From contig CM119371.1 in assembly GCA_051294905.1 (NCBI GenBank), positions 7,318,001-7,382,000 of the forward strand: a stretch of 64,000 bases of DNA, written 5' to 3'. The DNA comes from Botryllus schlosseri. Lineage: Eukaryota. The position numbers were made by a program, and so were the translations under genes. Shown piece after piece: positions 50,537 through 63,543 of this stretch. Numbering within the stretch: position 1 is the stretch's first letter; the number at the start of each line of letters is the position of its first letter. The notes below the pieces were generated by a model that searched no databases, had not been told where the DNA came from, and was given only the letters and a program-made list of their open reading frames with translations.

Positions 50537-52165
50537 CTATCTCTTCACAAATACTGATTTGTAAATTGGAAAACATTGATCGACCTTTGGCTTCCCTATA
50601 GTCCATTTGTCTTGCGATATATCATACTTTTCAATTGCATCAGAAGTTTTTCCATCTGTTACTGCAAAAATGCACTTGTCAATGTGATATGCAGAAACTC
50701 GATAATGACAATCATTCATAGAAGATAATGAAGTCCACTGAGCTGAAGCAACATCGTAACATTCTACGTTGTCGACATAATTTATTCCTCTCCAGCCACC
50801 GATCACAAAAATCTTTTGATCAACTGCAACAACACCACTCACACAAATAGGATATCTCATTGGGTCGAGATCAACCCACTCTGATGAGGATGGAGTGAAT
50901 CTGCAGAATGAAGAAACTATGACACCACCTGGTCCTTCACCTCCGATACAATAGATGGAATCATTCAATGATACGAGGCCTGCATCACATATCGCTGTAG
51001 GTTTGTCTTCTAGTTGAATCCATTTATTCAGGGGGGAAGTAAATATTTCCACAACACTTGTTGCTTTAGTATAACTTCCTCCAACAATAAAAATTGATCC
51101 CGACAAAGAAACTGAGCGAGGATAGTATCCATGGTCACAAATCATATTTTTCATCTTTTCCCATTTTGAATTTTTGCTCTGAAAATTGAGTCGATGAACT
51201 GATTTATTCTTACATAAAGCGTAGATATGTGAGTCTAGAGAAATCGCTGAGAAATGTTTTAAATTCGTAAACTTCTCATCGTGAAACTTCTCTACTTTCT
51301 CAGTTACTGGATTGAAGGATCGGATACAATCTGCCTCATCATCAAAAAGAAGTATCAATTCATCATCGCCAATTTCTTCATACTTTTTGTGCGATTCTTT
51401 TGGAGCTTCTAAAAGATGTCTTGTGATCAACTTGTACAATCCGAAGTCGTTTCTGATAATTTGGTTTGATTTCAAAAGACGCTCTAAAAATGCAGGAGAG
51501 ACTTTATCAAACTTGACCGCTTCCAGACACTTGTGCAAATGTTCCTGATTTTCCCCATTTTTTTCAACCCAATTGAACAACAATGTTAGTTTGTCTTCTT
51601 CACATAACTTAGATTTTTCAGACTTCACATAATTGAGGATGTTAGTTTTTTCAGTATTTCCAAATTCAGGTTGGTTTGATATTTCCATGATATTTTCATG
51701 TAAAAATGCTCTACATCGCGTAGAGACGGCATCCAGTCCATACATATCGGCGACATTTGTTGTGGAAAAGTAATTCTCCACATTAACTGATCCCTCCAAA
51801 ATGTCAGATACTGCCTGTTTCACGTCATCCAACTGCATCATGACTGCGACATGTAAAAGATCATTCATCTTTTCATCAAGAATCTCAAATTTACCCGAAT
51901 ATATGAAGTCGATGCAGCTTTTCACACACATAGAATCAACCTCTTTCAAAACAACTATTCCTTCACGACTTTCTTTGGTGTCGTGCTTTAACATCGCTTT
52001 GAAATAATCACAACCGGCCGACAATACATTTCTGTGAGTGTAATAGACATCATCTCCTACTTGAATTGTGAAATCACAATGATCGTTCTCTTGCTTCATT
52101 CGATGTAATTCTTCCATCATCTTCATTGAATGGTTCTCCACATTTGGACACACAATATGCACCAT
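50537..52165 (-). CDS. Kelch-like protein (BTB-BACK-Kelch), paralogue K3, intronless
   Basis: Same architecture; intact ORF; ATG at 52165. Confidence 0.93.
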   Translation of the reverse strand: MVHIVCPNVENHSMKMMEELHRMKQENDHCDFTIQVGDDVYYTHRNVLSAGCDYFKAMLKHDTKESREGIVVLKEVDSMCVKSCIDFIYSGKFEILDEKMNDLLHVAVMMQLDDVKQAVSDILEGSVNVENYFSTTNVADMYGLDAVSTRCRAFLHENIMEISNQPEFGNTEKTNILNYVKSEKSKLCEEDKLTLLFNWVEKNGENQEHLHKCLEAVKFDKVSPAFLERLLKSNQIIRNDFGLYKLITRHLLEAPKESHKKYEEIGDDELILLFDDEADCIRSFNPVTEKVEKFHDEKFTNLKHFSAISLDSHIYALCKNKSVHRLNFQSKNSKWEKMKNMICDHGYYPRSVSLSGSIFIVGGSYTKATSVVEIFTSPLNKWIQLEDKPTAICDAGLVSLNDSIYCIGGEGPGGVIVSSFCRFTPSSSEWVDLDPMRYPICVSGVVAVDQKIFVIGGWRGINYVDNVECYDVASAQWTSLSSMNDCHYRVSAYHIDKCIFAVTDGKTSDAIEKYDISQDKWTIGKPKVDQCFPIYKSVFVKR

Positions 52166-52476
52166 GATTTTCAATCATCCACAATATGCTATATAGAATG
52201 ATCCTATGATTATTATGATATAGTCAGGCACTGTTATTGAAGTAAAGATGATTAGTAGGGCGAATTTTTTTCACATGTCAAGAAGAGTCAAAATGGAAGC
52301 GTTATGTCAAAAATTGTGAACTTTTTTTTGACGTCTGCATTTCGTTTGTATTGAAATTGTCGGTAGGCCTACAATTGTAAACGGCTAATCGTCTGCTCAT
52401 TGTGAATCATAAACGGTCAAATGAAAAAAAATAGGTAGACATGGTATTATGGTCAATGTGCCGCAATATCCTAACT

Positions 52477-52796
52477 CAGTGGTTGCCAACGTGGGCGATA
52501 TCGCCCACCAGGGGGCGATTTGGCGGTCTAGGAGGGCGAAAATGATGAAGGGGCGACAGGGGGGCGTAAATGGACAAAGGGGGCGACGGGGGGCGAAAAC
52601 AGCGAAGGGGGCGATAGGGGGGCGATGACGCGTCAAACCAGCACAATTCGAGTCGACAATTTGACCTTTTTTTTTAGTCAACCCGCCGGTGATTACAGTT
52701 TGTATGCCCAATTTTGGGTACACAAAATTTGGGGGGCGATGATTGGCGTTGACCTTGAAAAGGGGGCGATGGATCGAAAAAGGTTTGGAACCACTG
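52477..52796. mobile_element. Charlie-like hAT MITE with GGGGCGA subterminal repeats
   Basis: CAGTGGTT.C.AAC termini; imperfect TSD TCCTAACT/TCTAACT. Confidence 0.7.
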
Positions 52797-55700
52797 TCTA
52801 ACTGAAGAAAGACTTCTTGGGCATTGCATCATCCTTATATTGAGAAACGCATAATGAAAAATTGTGATGTAGACAACATTGTTAGAATGAAGTAACACGG
52901 TGTGTCACCAGCAGCGTACGCACAACTTGAGTGTTGTCAGCCAAAAACTGCTGCTGTTGAACGGCCTTGGCAAGTTTCTTAGTAAGGACATGCACTTTCT
53001 ATTCAAGAATATAGGAAAGTATCTCCCGTTGTACTACAAAGAATTTTAATTATTTCTATCATAATACAGAATGTAACCACTGGAATTCTTCATAGGGCCA
53101 GATTTCATTGAAATATTTTTTTTTGTTGAAGTAAAAAGTTGCCTGTATCTAAGCCAAAAACATTTTTCTCAGGCCAACCTTCGTTAGGACAGCCAGTTCC
53201 AACCAGAAATGAAGATAATTGTTACAATTTACATTATGTGGGAAAACACCTAATTTTCATTCATTAGTTCAAATGTTGGTAAAAATTCAGTTTGTTCAAT
53301 TCAAAAAAAGTCAAAATTATAATTTTTTAGGTCAAAATTTTCTTTTTAGGTAACAAAAAAAACGCCCCACTACTAAGCATTGGTCAGAAACGAAATTTAT
53401 GAAGTAGTCAATTAGCATGTGTCTAGTCTACATGCCCTTAGTCAAGTATTCAAGGACTAGGACTTGCAGTCTTTCTTAATCAAGTGTTCGACCCATGCAG
53501 CTGAGCTACACTACAAATATTTTCAATTTTGTCAAGTGGGAAGCAGCATTCGGTTATATTTACATCAATTTTACAATTTAACTAAACCAGACGATGTATT
53601 TACTCAGTCCCAGTATCATAGCATAATTACAAAAATTGTATCAATTTGTGACTGCATCACAAAGATGAATATTGCGATTTTCATGCTCTGTGCAAGTGAA
53701 TTGAATTTAAAAATGATTTCCAATTTTATCTATATCATTATTCATTACTATCATTGGCTGCAGCCTAATTTCCATCTAAGCGGCAGTAATATGGCAGGTT
53801 TAGGCCAAGCTGCTCATATCAAATCGGTTTCTTCTCATCGAGCACGAGAATGGCAAAGGTCCGTACCACAAGCTTAGCTCGTTTCGAGATATACAGTTCC
53901 TCCGCAGCATTTACGCGAAAACAAGAAATTAGATTAGAATTAAAACTGGAGCATAGAAACATTTCCCAAATTAAAGTAGAGTTAGAGCAAGGAAACATTT
54001 CACAAATTAGATTTCTGGCATTTCAATCTAATTAGTCTAATTATACAACTAAAATTATGTAGTTGCCCAAGTCTGTCTGGACGGTCTCTGCCTTTTTGGG
54101 TCAACTGTTAGTGTTTAATTTGGGGCTTTTTGTAACAAGTTCATCCTTGGCAACTTCGAAATTTTGTCGGTGTCTGATCCCGTCGTTGTGACAACCTGTG
54201 ACCCAGCGAGGGGGTCTGGGTTTTGAATTTTACGAATTCTTCGGTTGATTGGCTGCTTCGAGCTGCCACATTCTTACTCCCCTTGAAACGTCGCTCGGGT
54301 TTGGGCCAGTTCAGGTTCTCCTCAATCTGCGAAACATATTCAAGGGTTCAGTCAATACCAGTATTGGAGTCGCGGGATTTCAAGAAAGCATCTATCAGAG
54401 CTTAAGCAGTGCATACTTAGCTCTCAGAGCAACGTTGCAAGATCAGTTGACTGACTTGAACACTCTAAATTAGCTTGATAAAAATACCAACTATGGCACA
54501 ACAATGAACTACACCAGCGGTCTTAAATATTTTTCGTAATGGTAGGTACACCATTTTAAAGAAAGCTCAAAATTTCTCCGCGTCAGTTCACATTATTCAT
54601 CGAATCTGTAGCGATCTTAACCAGAAGAGGGATCTTACCCTGCTGCAATCCATCGGAAATGCTAATGCTACAAACAAATCAGCTTTCGACATAACTGAAT
54701 CACAATTGAACACAGTGGTTTTCAACCAGAGTCTACGAAACATTATTAGGAAACCGCGATCCGATTGATAAATATAATTTGTGATATTGGAAGCTAGGGT
54801 AGACCAACACAAACCCAGCTCTCTGCACCGTCCAGCCAGATTCTAGGTTTCAAGTACCCTATGTATTTATAAATGATTCTCAAAACTACTTACAAAATTC
54901 ATCAATTTTCAAAGACAGCACATTCTTCTTCCACCTGTAGTCACAGGCTACTTCTGGGTTGCTTGGAATAACATTACTTCTACTTCACTACTTATACTGG
55001 AGTGAACTTTGCGGTGGTACTTTTACTTGTGTAACTTTTGTGAGCACTTTTGATTATGCCTGTGGGCTCATTCAATTGCGGATACGGTAGTTATTCTTAT
55101 ACTCAGTAACTTTTTCGAGACAGCTAAGAGACTTTACCTTCGTCCCAATTTACCGCGGTCTCAGTGTGCAATTTTTATTGCATGATTTCTTTGTCAGCTC
55201 GGAATGAGTAAATGCTGGATGTAAACGTAGGTAGAGTGTAAATATTGGTGTGCTCATGTCACGGGAGATAGCATAGTGCTATGAATATCCATATCTGGAT
55301 ATGTCACAACTCACCTGAAGTCATCACGATTCCTGAAAATCTTGATATAGAGGTCTTGTCTTTTGGCAGGTGACAAAGCCTGAAAGAAAATCTTATAATT
55401 GCACAGCCATTAAAAATAGACTTGATCGCTTTACGTCTTAAATGCAACTTGGATATAAGAACAGTAAATGTAAACATTTGATCACCCGATCATCTTGAAC
55501 TGTATAGAGCAGAGGTTCTTGAACACCGGCCCGCCAAGTATATTAAAACTTTATGTGTATCAATTCCAAAACGCAAGAAGGTAAACCCTTGTTCATTATT
55601 GGAGAAATGCACACCAAATGTGACGTTGATTTGGAAGTTTGTAATGCATTTTCTGCATGGTGTCATAATAGGGAGTTCATGGTCCACTTTGGGCATACAT

Positions 55701-56526
55701 AACAATGGTGCAACTGTTGTACAAAACTGTTTGAAAGTAGCCTACAACTTCTGATAGGTTACATGTGAAAGCTACTGAGACTTTTAAACAAACTTCCTCG
55801 ACTTCCGACAGTGCAATTAATCACTTGTCAGTATAATAAAGACGACAGCAAACAGCAAAGTCGCATTTCTTTTAGAGGATACTGAACATTCGCAATCAAG
55901 TTACGGGTATGTAACAGGAATTTGCGAGCTTCGACCACGGTCTCTAGTAACGAATACAGAGGCGTGTATGAATGTCTGTTTCCAAATGAGATTTCACGGA
56001 GAACATGAGACACGGGCATGGATAGCTATTAGCTATATCTCAATTGTTCTAGTAACAGGCACGTAAGGTTCATTCAGTTCCTACAAATTGGGGTAATAGC
56101 TTCAACGTAGCCTCAAATTGAAAACTGATATCATTATGTCAGTAATCAATTGTTAAATACTTCGGTAGGTTAGAATAGAATGTCGATGTAGCCTACATCC
56201 TAATTGCGGATTGAAAGTATGCAGCCAGATAAATTTTACCTTGAATGAAAATTGGTGAACTTGCTTGAAAGTTGCAACTTGTTTCACTCTGATTGAAAGA
56301 AAATTCCTTCCTGTGATGATAAAAAACGATACTTTGCGATAGAAACGATTCATAATTCGAACTTTGCAGTCACCAAATGTGTTGAGACTTGTTGTTACAG
56401 ATTGAAATAAGATCGTTTATCGGATCGCGGTTGAGTTGAGTATAAACACCCCACTATAGCCTTGATGGCAAATAATCGAATCCGAAATCATTGATTTTTT
56501 AAAAAGATAAACTTAGAATTACAGTA

Positions 56527-57902
56527 GGGGAGACCGGGGACAAATGTAACTAGGGGCAAATGTAACAATCGACCTCACCGCTAGTAGGATGGAGAAATCA
56601 GCTTGATATTTTAAGTGCGCATGCAGTAGTTATCTCTCCTATTATACCTGGAGTTACGTTGAGCTACGATGCGAAACCCCGGAATAATTTGCAAAAAACG
56701 AAATTTTTGACCCTTGAGTAAAGTTTTTCTGGTCTGGAATAATTTGTCTGGACGAATAGTACCTCAAGTAGTTACAACGTAATATGTGTAGCTGGAACAA
56801 TGTTACTATAGTCTACCGTGGTGATGGAAAGAATAGGACTTGCATCGCCGGGAAGGTACCATACTGAGACAGTAATCATGGTCGAGCGTGTCAGGGGCAA
56901 TCGTAACACTCTGTTACTTTTGCCCCGTTACAATATGTTATCAATTCTGAATGTATTTGTTCATATGTTGGTATTACCATTCATCTACTGCAGAATAATC
57001 TTGCAACAGCCAGAAGTTCACCAGAACAGATACTGCCTTGCGATACCAATTCTAACATGATCATCGGTAGAAACGGCCATACAATAGTGGTGATGTGAAT
57101 CTGACGGTTCGGTTATTTTCGTGATTCAACCACCCTTTCTCATGTTGATCGACTTTTGGTGTGTCGAACTTCAATAGTCATGTCTTAATTCTCGTCCTCT
57201 GACTTTGATCATGGCCTACTTACATTTTGATATTTGATGTGAACAATTTATGTTAATTTTCTGCAGCACAGATAAATGTCATTAGAGCTTTGACGCCACA
57301 CAATGTTGCGTCCTCGTTTTACTATACTATCATCGGCCCATTCAACCAAGATATGTTAGCCAGGTCGGTTTCGCACCTTCGCAGGTGACCGAATGACCAA
57401 CCCATTATGCCCGCTGAACAACAGAACCTTGGTAGAAGAGGCCGAATATGTGTAGGGAGATGATGGAATGAATGTGTCTCTTGTACACTTTAAGCTTGAA
57501 CAAGACACGGAGGGTGATATTGCATTCAGATGCCATAAATGCGATGGGGTGTAGCCTGGAAGCGTTCAAACGTCTCTTCCTTTAGTTTCATGCAACGTTA
57601 CAATTTGTGCTTACGTTTTCGTTGTTCATTCAGTTTGTGTTTAGTTATAAATAACACTGTTACAATTGCCCCGTAAGGGTGGTACAATTGCCCCTGGGTA
57701 CGGGGCGATTGTAACATTTGAGCAGCGATTTTTGCGACCCAAAATTTCCATGATTGATTGTTGATTGAGTTCCAATTTAGTTTTCATATCAACTATAGAG
57801 TTGTTGGCTTCTTTATATAAAACTTTGGAAGTGAAATTTCCACGAGAAGAACACGTAATGTTGGAAAATACGAAAAGTGTTACAATTGTCCCCGGTCTCC
57901 CC
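56527..57902. mobile_element. Tc1/mariner-pogo-type non-autonomous element
   Basis: TIR GGGGAGACCGGGGACAA(A/T)TGTAAC; TA TSD; empty paralogous site at ~37599. Confidence 0.88.
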
Positions 57903-59799
57903 TACTCACTTTTATCTCCCAGGTAGAATTTTCATAAATTGATGCATGTCAGATTCCAACTGATTGATAACGGTTGAGATTGTCATGGAAACTTCTTTTA
58001 TCACCAAATCCATTTCCCATCGGACAACCAGACCATTAAATGATACTTTATAAATTATGATCTTCCGATCGCAATTAACTGTAACAAAATGAAGAGTGGT
58101 TATGAATAGTAAACTCAATGAATGTATAATTGTATTGTATATGCGCCACAGGTTGTTCAAGCCTGGCTACTGTACCAGCAAAAGTCGTTGCCTATATAAC
58201 AAGTTGCCGATAGTCGCCTCATATAAACAGAATCGAAATGGTTTATTTTGAGAATACATACAAATTTGGTATCCTGTTCGTGGATAACGAAAAACGAATA
58301 ACTTTTTTAATCAAGGTGTCCCCAAATCCGTCAAAAACCATCAAAAGTAAGATTTTATTATGTAGTAAAATATTGTTTATGCAAGATTCTCATAAAAGAA
58401 GATGGGCATATGAACTTGTAACTTGTAACCCAGGGTTGTAATGACTCGAGTCATGACTCGAATCAAGTCCGACTTGAGTCACCATATTTTGGTGACTCGA
58501 CTTGACCAGAGTCATTTTTTCAAAAGCGCAAAATGACTCGACTCGAGTCAATTTTTGTATTGACTCGACTTGTAGGCCTAATCGATTCATTGTGCACGAC
58601 TCGAACCAAGTCATATGACTTGAAACTAGGACGGCCAAGACAGACATTTCATTGTAACTTGGAAAAATAGTTAAAGTCACCAAGTTATTGGTATTTCGTC
58701 TATTAGTCCTGATACTTGCGAAATGGGCCAAAAACTGATTGTATTAAGGAAAATTACAACATTATGAATGCGAACCATTCTATTTCACTCGAGCAGACTT
58801 GAAAGAAGTGGGTTGAACTCAAAACTGAACAGTGAACGCAATGACTTTGAAGAGTGAATAGCTCGAAGCGTATATCGCATGCGGCTCAACTAGTATTGAG
58901 ATAATTCTCACTCATTTGAAATTTCCATGCATTGAGTCATTGAATGCTGTGGGTTATTTCATACTGAATTAGCAGAAGTGTGAAACTTAAACCGCCTACA
59001 GTAAGCAGTAGGTACAAACTCCTGATATTGGCCATATAACCATTTTGGCAACAATTGTAGGCTACAAGTGATCATAATCATTGACCATGTCTATATTGAA
59101 TAGGCCTAAGGAACTAAATATATGATTGGATGCGTCGACTAAATCTACCGGCAAGATTATGCACTGTGGCACAATTAATGAAATATATTTCCACAAAATT
59201 ACTGGTTACTATTGCTATTACGTTCATCAAATGATACGAATTTACCAAAAAGCAGTTTACACTTGACAAATTACTGCCGCATTGAAATAAAAATGCACAA
59301 TTTTCAATGGATTTATGATGGATATGGATTGAGGAATTGAAAATATCAAATGTGAGAAACTTTACATTCATTCATGTCGAAGCTGCAGACTTGTACAAAC
59401 TACTAATGGAGTCACTTCGACGGTCAAGACTAGTTCTAATTACCGATTTTGAAAGCGAATAGTTGTAGCGTTGATATTAGTGTGAATACCAACAGTGGCA
59501 TAGTCATGAGTGGGATGAAAACCGTTACATTTCAAACTATTAACAAAATTCTTCTTAAACGCCGATTCTATCCCCGATATTTTCGAGCTCATTTCCAATT
59601 CAGTAATTCACATTATCAGTACTGCAGTTGCTTCAGAATTGAAACTACTAAGTTGTTTTTATTTGCCAGTTACGGATTTTTAAAGCATGTCAATTGTATT
59701 TCTAGTAGCCAGTTTTGAAAAGTGAGTGGTTCTAGTTCTAGGTTGAGTTGCATTTTGAAAATCCAGTAATTTGAACAAGTCTGCTCAGGTGAGTGCAAT

Positions 59800-61425
59800 C
59801 TATCTCTTCACAAATACGGATGTGTAAATTCGACAACATTGATCCAATTTTGGCTTAACTATAGTCCATTTGTCTTGCGATGTATCATACTTTTCAATTG
59901 CATTGGAGGTTTTAAAATCTGCTACAGCAAAAATCCACTTGTCAATGTGATAAGCATAAACTCGGCCATGACAAGCATTCATAGAAGCTATTGAAGTCCA
60001 CTGAGCCGAAGAAACATCGTAACATTCTACTTTTTCAAATTCCGTTATTCCTCTCCTGCCACCGATCACAAATATCTTCTGATCAACTGCAACAACACCA
60101 CTCTCATAAATAGGATATCTCATTGGGTCGAGATCAACCCACTCTGATGAGGATGGAGTGAATCTGCAGAATGATGAAACTGCGAAACCATTTCGGCCTA
60201 TACCTCCGATACAATAGATGGAATCATTCAATGATACGAGACTTGCTGAACGAATCGCTGTAGGTTTATCTTGTAATTGAATCCATTGATTCGCGAGGGA
60301 AGTGAACATTTCCACATCATTTGTTGCTATAGTGCTTCCTCCAACAATAAATATCGATCCTGACAAAGTAACTGAGCGAGGACGCCATCCATGGTCACAA
60401 ATCATATCGTTCATCCTTTCCCATTTTGAATTTTTTCTCTGAAAATTGAGTCGATGAACTGATTTATTTTTACATAAAACGTAGATATATGAGTCCGAAG
60501 AAATCGCCGAGAAATCTGTTAAATTCGTAAAATTCTCATCATGAAACTTCTCTACATTCTCAGTTACTGGATTGAAGGATCGGATACAATGTGCGTTATC
60601 ATCAAAAAGGATTATCAATTCATCTTTGTCAATTTCTTCGTTTGTTTTCTGTGATGCTTTTGAAGCCTTCAAAAGATGTCCATTGATTAACTTGTACAGT
60701 CCTAAGTCGTTACTGATGATTAGGTTTGTTTCCAAAACGTGTTCTAAAAACGCAGGAGAGACTTCATCAAACTTGATTGTTTCAAGAAATTCACGCAAAT
60801 GTTCCTGATTTTTGCTATTTTTCTCGACCCAATTGAAAAATACCGTTAGTTTTTCTTCTTCACATAACTTAAATTGTTCTAACTTCACAAAATTGAGGAT
60901 GTTCGTTTTTTCAACCTTTCCAAAATCCGGTTGGTTTGATATTTCCATGATATTTTCAAGAAAAAATGCTCTGCATCGCGTAGAGACGGCATCCAGTCCA
61001 TACATATCGGCGACATTTCTTGTGGAAAAGTAATTCTCTACATTAACTGATTTCTCCAAAACATCAGATAGTGCCTGTTTCACGTCTTCCAACTGCATCA
61101 TGATTGCGACATGAAGAAGATCATTCATTTTTTCATCAGCGATCTCAAATTTGCCTGAATATATGAAATTGATGCAGTTTTTCACACAATGAGAATCGAC
61201 CTCTTTCAAAACAACTTTTCCTTCACGACTCTCTTTAGTGTCGTGCTTTAACATGGCTTTGAAATAAGCACAACCAGCCGACAATACATTTCTGTGAGTG
61301 TAATAGACATTATCTCCTACTTGAATTATGAAATCACAATGATCGTTTTCTTGCTTCATCCGATGTAATTCTTCCATCATCTTCACTGAATGTTTCTCTA
61401 CATTTGGACACACAATCTGCACCAT
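59800..61425 (-). CDS. Kelch-like protein (BTB-BACK-Kelch), paralogue K4, intronless
   Basis: Same architecture; intact ORF; in-frame ATG at 61425. Confidence 0.93.
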   Translation of the reverse strand: MVQIVCPNVEKHSVKMMEELHRMKQENDHCDFIIQVGDNVYYTHRNVLSAGCAYFKAMLKHDTKESREGKVVLKEVDSHCVKNCINFIYSGKFEIADEKMNDLLHVAIMMQLEDVKQALSDVLEKSVNVENYFSTRNVADMYGLDAVSTRCRAFFLENIMEISNQPDFGKVEKTNILNFVKLEQFKLCEEEKLTVFFNWVEKNSKNQEHLREFLETIKFDEVSPAFLEHVLETNLIISNDLGLYKLINGHLLKASKASQKTNEEIDKDELIILFDDNAHCIRSFNPVTENVEKFHDENFTNLTDFSAISSDSYIYVLCKNKSVHRLNFQRKNSKWERMNDMICDHGWRPRSVTLSGSIFIVGGSTIATNDVEMFTSLANQWIQLQDKPTAIRSASLVSLNDSIYCIGGIGRNGFAVSSFCRFTPSSSEWVDLDPMRYPIYESGVVAVDQKIFVIGGRRGITEFEKVECYDVSSAQWTSIASMNACHGRVYAYHIDKWIFAVADFKTSNAIEKYDTSQDKWTIVKPKLDQCCRIYTSVFVKR

Positions 61426-63167
61426 GATTGTCTCATTCACAATAGGTTATATCAAATGATCGTATGATTATTATGATATAGTCAAGCACTGTTATTGAAG
61501 AAAAGATGATTAGTAGGGCGATTTTTTTGACATGTCAAGAAAAGTCAAAATTGAAGCGTTAGGTCAAAAATTGTTCACAAAATCATAATTTTTTTGAACT
61601 CTGCATTTTGTATCGTAGATCATTTCATATTTTACTGCTTGTAGCCTATTTTATAGACCTACTTTTGCAGACGGCACATTGTCTGCTCATTGTGAATCAT
61701 AAACGGTCACAAGCACACACACTCTCGCTACTAATGAGCATTGGTCAGAAACAAAATTTATGAAGTAGCCAAATAGCATATGCCTTGTCTACATGCAATT
61801 ACTCAAGTATGCAAGGACTAGGACTTGCATTCTTTCTTAATCATTTGTTCGACCCGAGCAGCTGAGCTACGCTACAAATATTTTTTATTTGGTCAAGTGG
61901 GAAGCAGCGTTTGGTTATATTTAAACCAATTTTACAATTAAGCGAAAGCTGACGATGTATTTACTCGGTCACAGTATCACGGCATAATTCCAAAAACTGC
62001 ATCAGTTTGTGACTGCATCGCGAAGATGCATATTGCGATTTTCTTTCAATATGCAACTGAATTGGAATTTACAAATTATGTCCAATCTTATAAATATCGT
62101 TACTAATAACAGGGATTGGTGGTACATAAAAATCCTATTTTAGTTATTATTAGTAATTTATAGATACTTTTGAAAGCAATAGTTTTCATAATAAAGAAGT
62201 TGTGACTCAAACACTCAATGATTTTGTGTTTTACTGAGCCTCCATTGTTCTATCATTAATAAATTGACCGCAAACAAAGTGATCGGAGCTCGCAAACTAG
62301 TAGTATAGTAACCTAATGGCACAGTATATATCCATTTTTTATAGAATGCTGATAGTGGTCGGTACCCGCCTTAAAGGGGCACTGCGCTCTAAAAATAATG
62401 TGGTCTCAAATTGAAGGGCAAAAGGAAAGAAAAATTGGCCGCAGTCATTTCCTTCAGAACGCCACCGTAATGAAGCTGCAATGTATTGAAATTTCCATAG
62501 GACCTTCACGCTCCAGCTGGCGCGGCTGCGCTTCATTTCTTAACCCGTTACATGGCACGATGTTTTCACCGTTGCACTTGCTCGACGCGATTAGGCAGTC
62601 ACGCAGAATGTGTAGTTGTCAGCCGATGTTATGAAGGAAATATGTCTTACACGCCAAGGTGGTTTAGATACGGCTCTCAACAGATGATGTTAAGTTCAGT
62701 CAGATTTATGTCTAAATTGGACCAAGTGTATTATATTTCTTCAGATAAGAAATAGATCATGTCCTATTCTTACGCATAAAACATGATCATCACTAATCAG
62801 TAGGGCGATTTTTTTTTTACCTAAAAAACGAAAGATTTTGACCTAAAAAATCTAAATTTTGACATTTTTTGACCTTAAAAAACTAAATTTTGACTAAATT
62901 TTGACCTAACGTATGCAAATTAGGTGGTTTCCCAAAAAATGTTGGAATTTTACTACTTATCCTCATTTCTGGTTTGGATTGTCTGTCCTTTACGAAGTAG
63001 TTTTCCCTGAAAAACTTGTTTGACTCAAAAACTGACAAATTTTTACATGGCGAAATATTATTTTAACAAAATTTAGCCCTATGATGAATTCCAGTACATG
63101 AAGTACTACGGTGAAAATAATTAAAATTTGTTGTAGTACAACGAAAGATACTTTCCTGCATTCTCGG

Positions 63168-63203
63168 CAGGGATATCTAGATATCTAGTTCTAGATATCC
63201 CTG
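63168..63203. mobile_element. 36 bp micro-MITE (same family as 25076-25110)
   Basis: CAGGGATATCTAGA...TCTAGATATCCCTG; 8 bp TSD ATTC(T/A)CGG. Confidence 0.7.
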
Positions 63204-63259
63204 ATTCACGGGTAAAAAGTGTCTGTCTTTACTAAGTAGCTTGCCAAGGATGAAGTTGT

Positions 63260-63543
63260 GGCGAGATAGCGTAGTGGGATAATCCACAGCTACAACACCA
63301 ATGGGTTTTAGGTTCTGGTCCGACCGAGGTCGACTACAGAATTCCACCCAAGTGTTGAAGGTTTATCTAGGTTCCTCCTCGCCATCTCATCCGCGTAAGC
63401 GGTGTCTTACAAAAAGCATAGAAGTGGGCCGTGCTACAAATCGGCAGATACTCGACGGATGCGGAATCGAAAATAAGGAATATCGGCCTGGTGTAAATGA
63501 CCATTGTAGTCGACAAACACCATGAATATACAAACAACAACAT
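63260..63543 (+). mobile_element. Candidate tRNA-derived SINE
   Basis: A-box-like TAGCGTAGTGG (63267) and B-box-like GGTTCTGGTCC (63311); CAA-repeat tail; absent from the other copy of the host element (~52965). Confidence 0.5.

Noticed and set aside
40766..61033. Recurrent plus-strand ORFs (MKDRIQ...) in K2-K4
   Set aside because: Antisense shadows of the Kelch ORFs
7672..61425. Diversity-generating-retroelement-like link between the RT and variable Kelch loops
   Set aside because: RT is a truncated Penelope type; no template repeat seen; the variable codons inspected are not restricted to adenine positions
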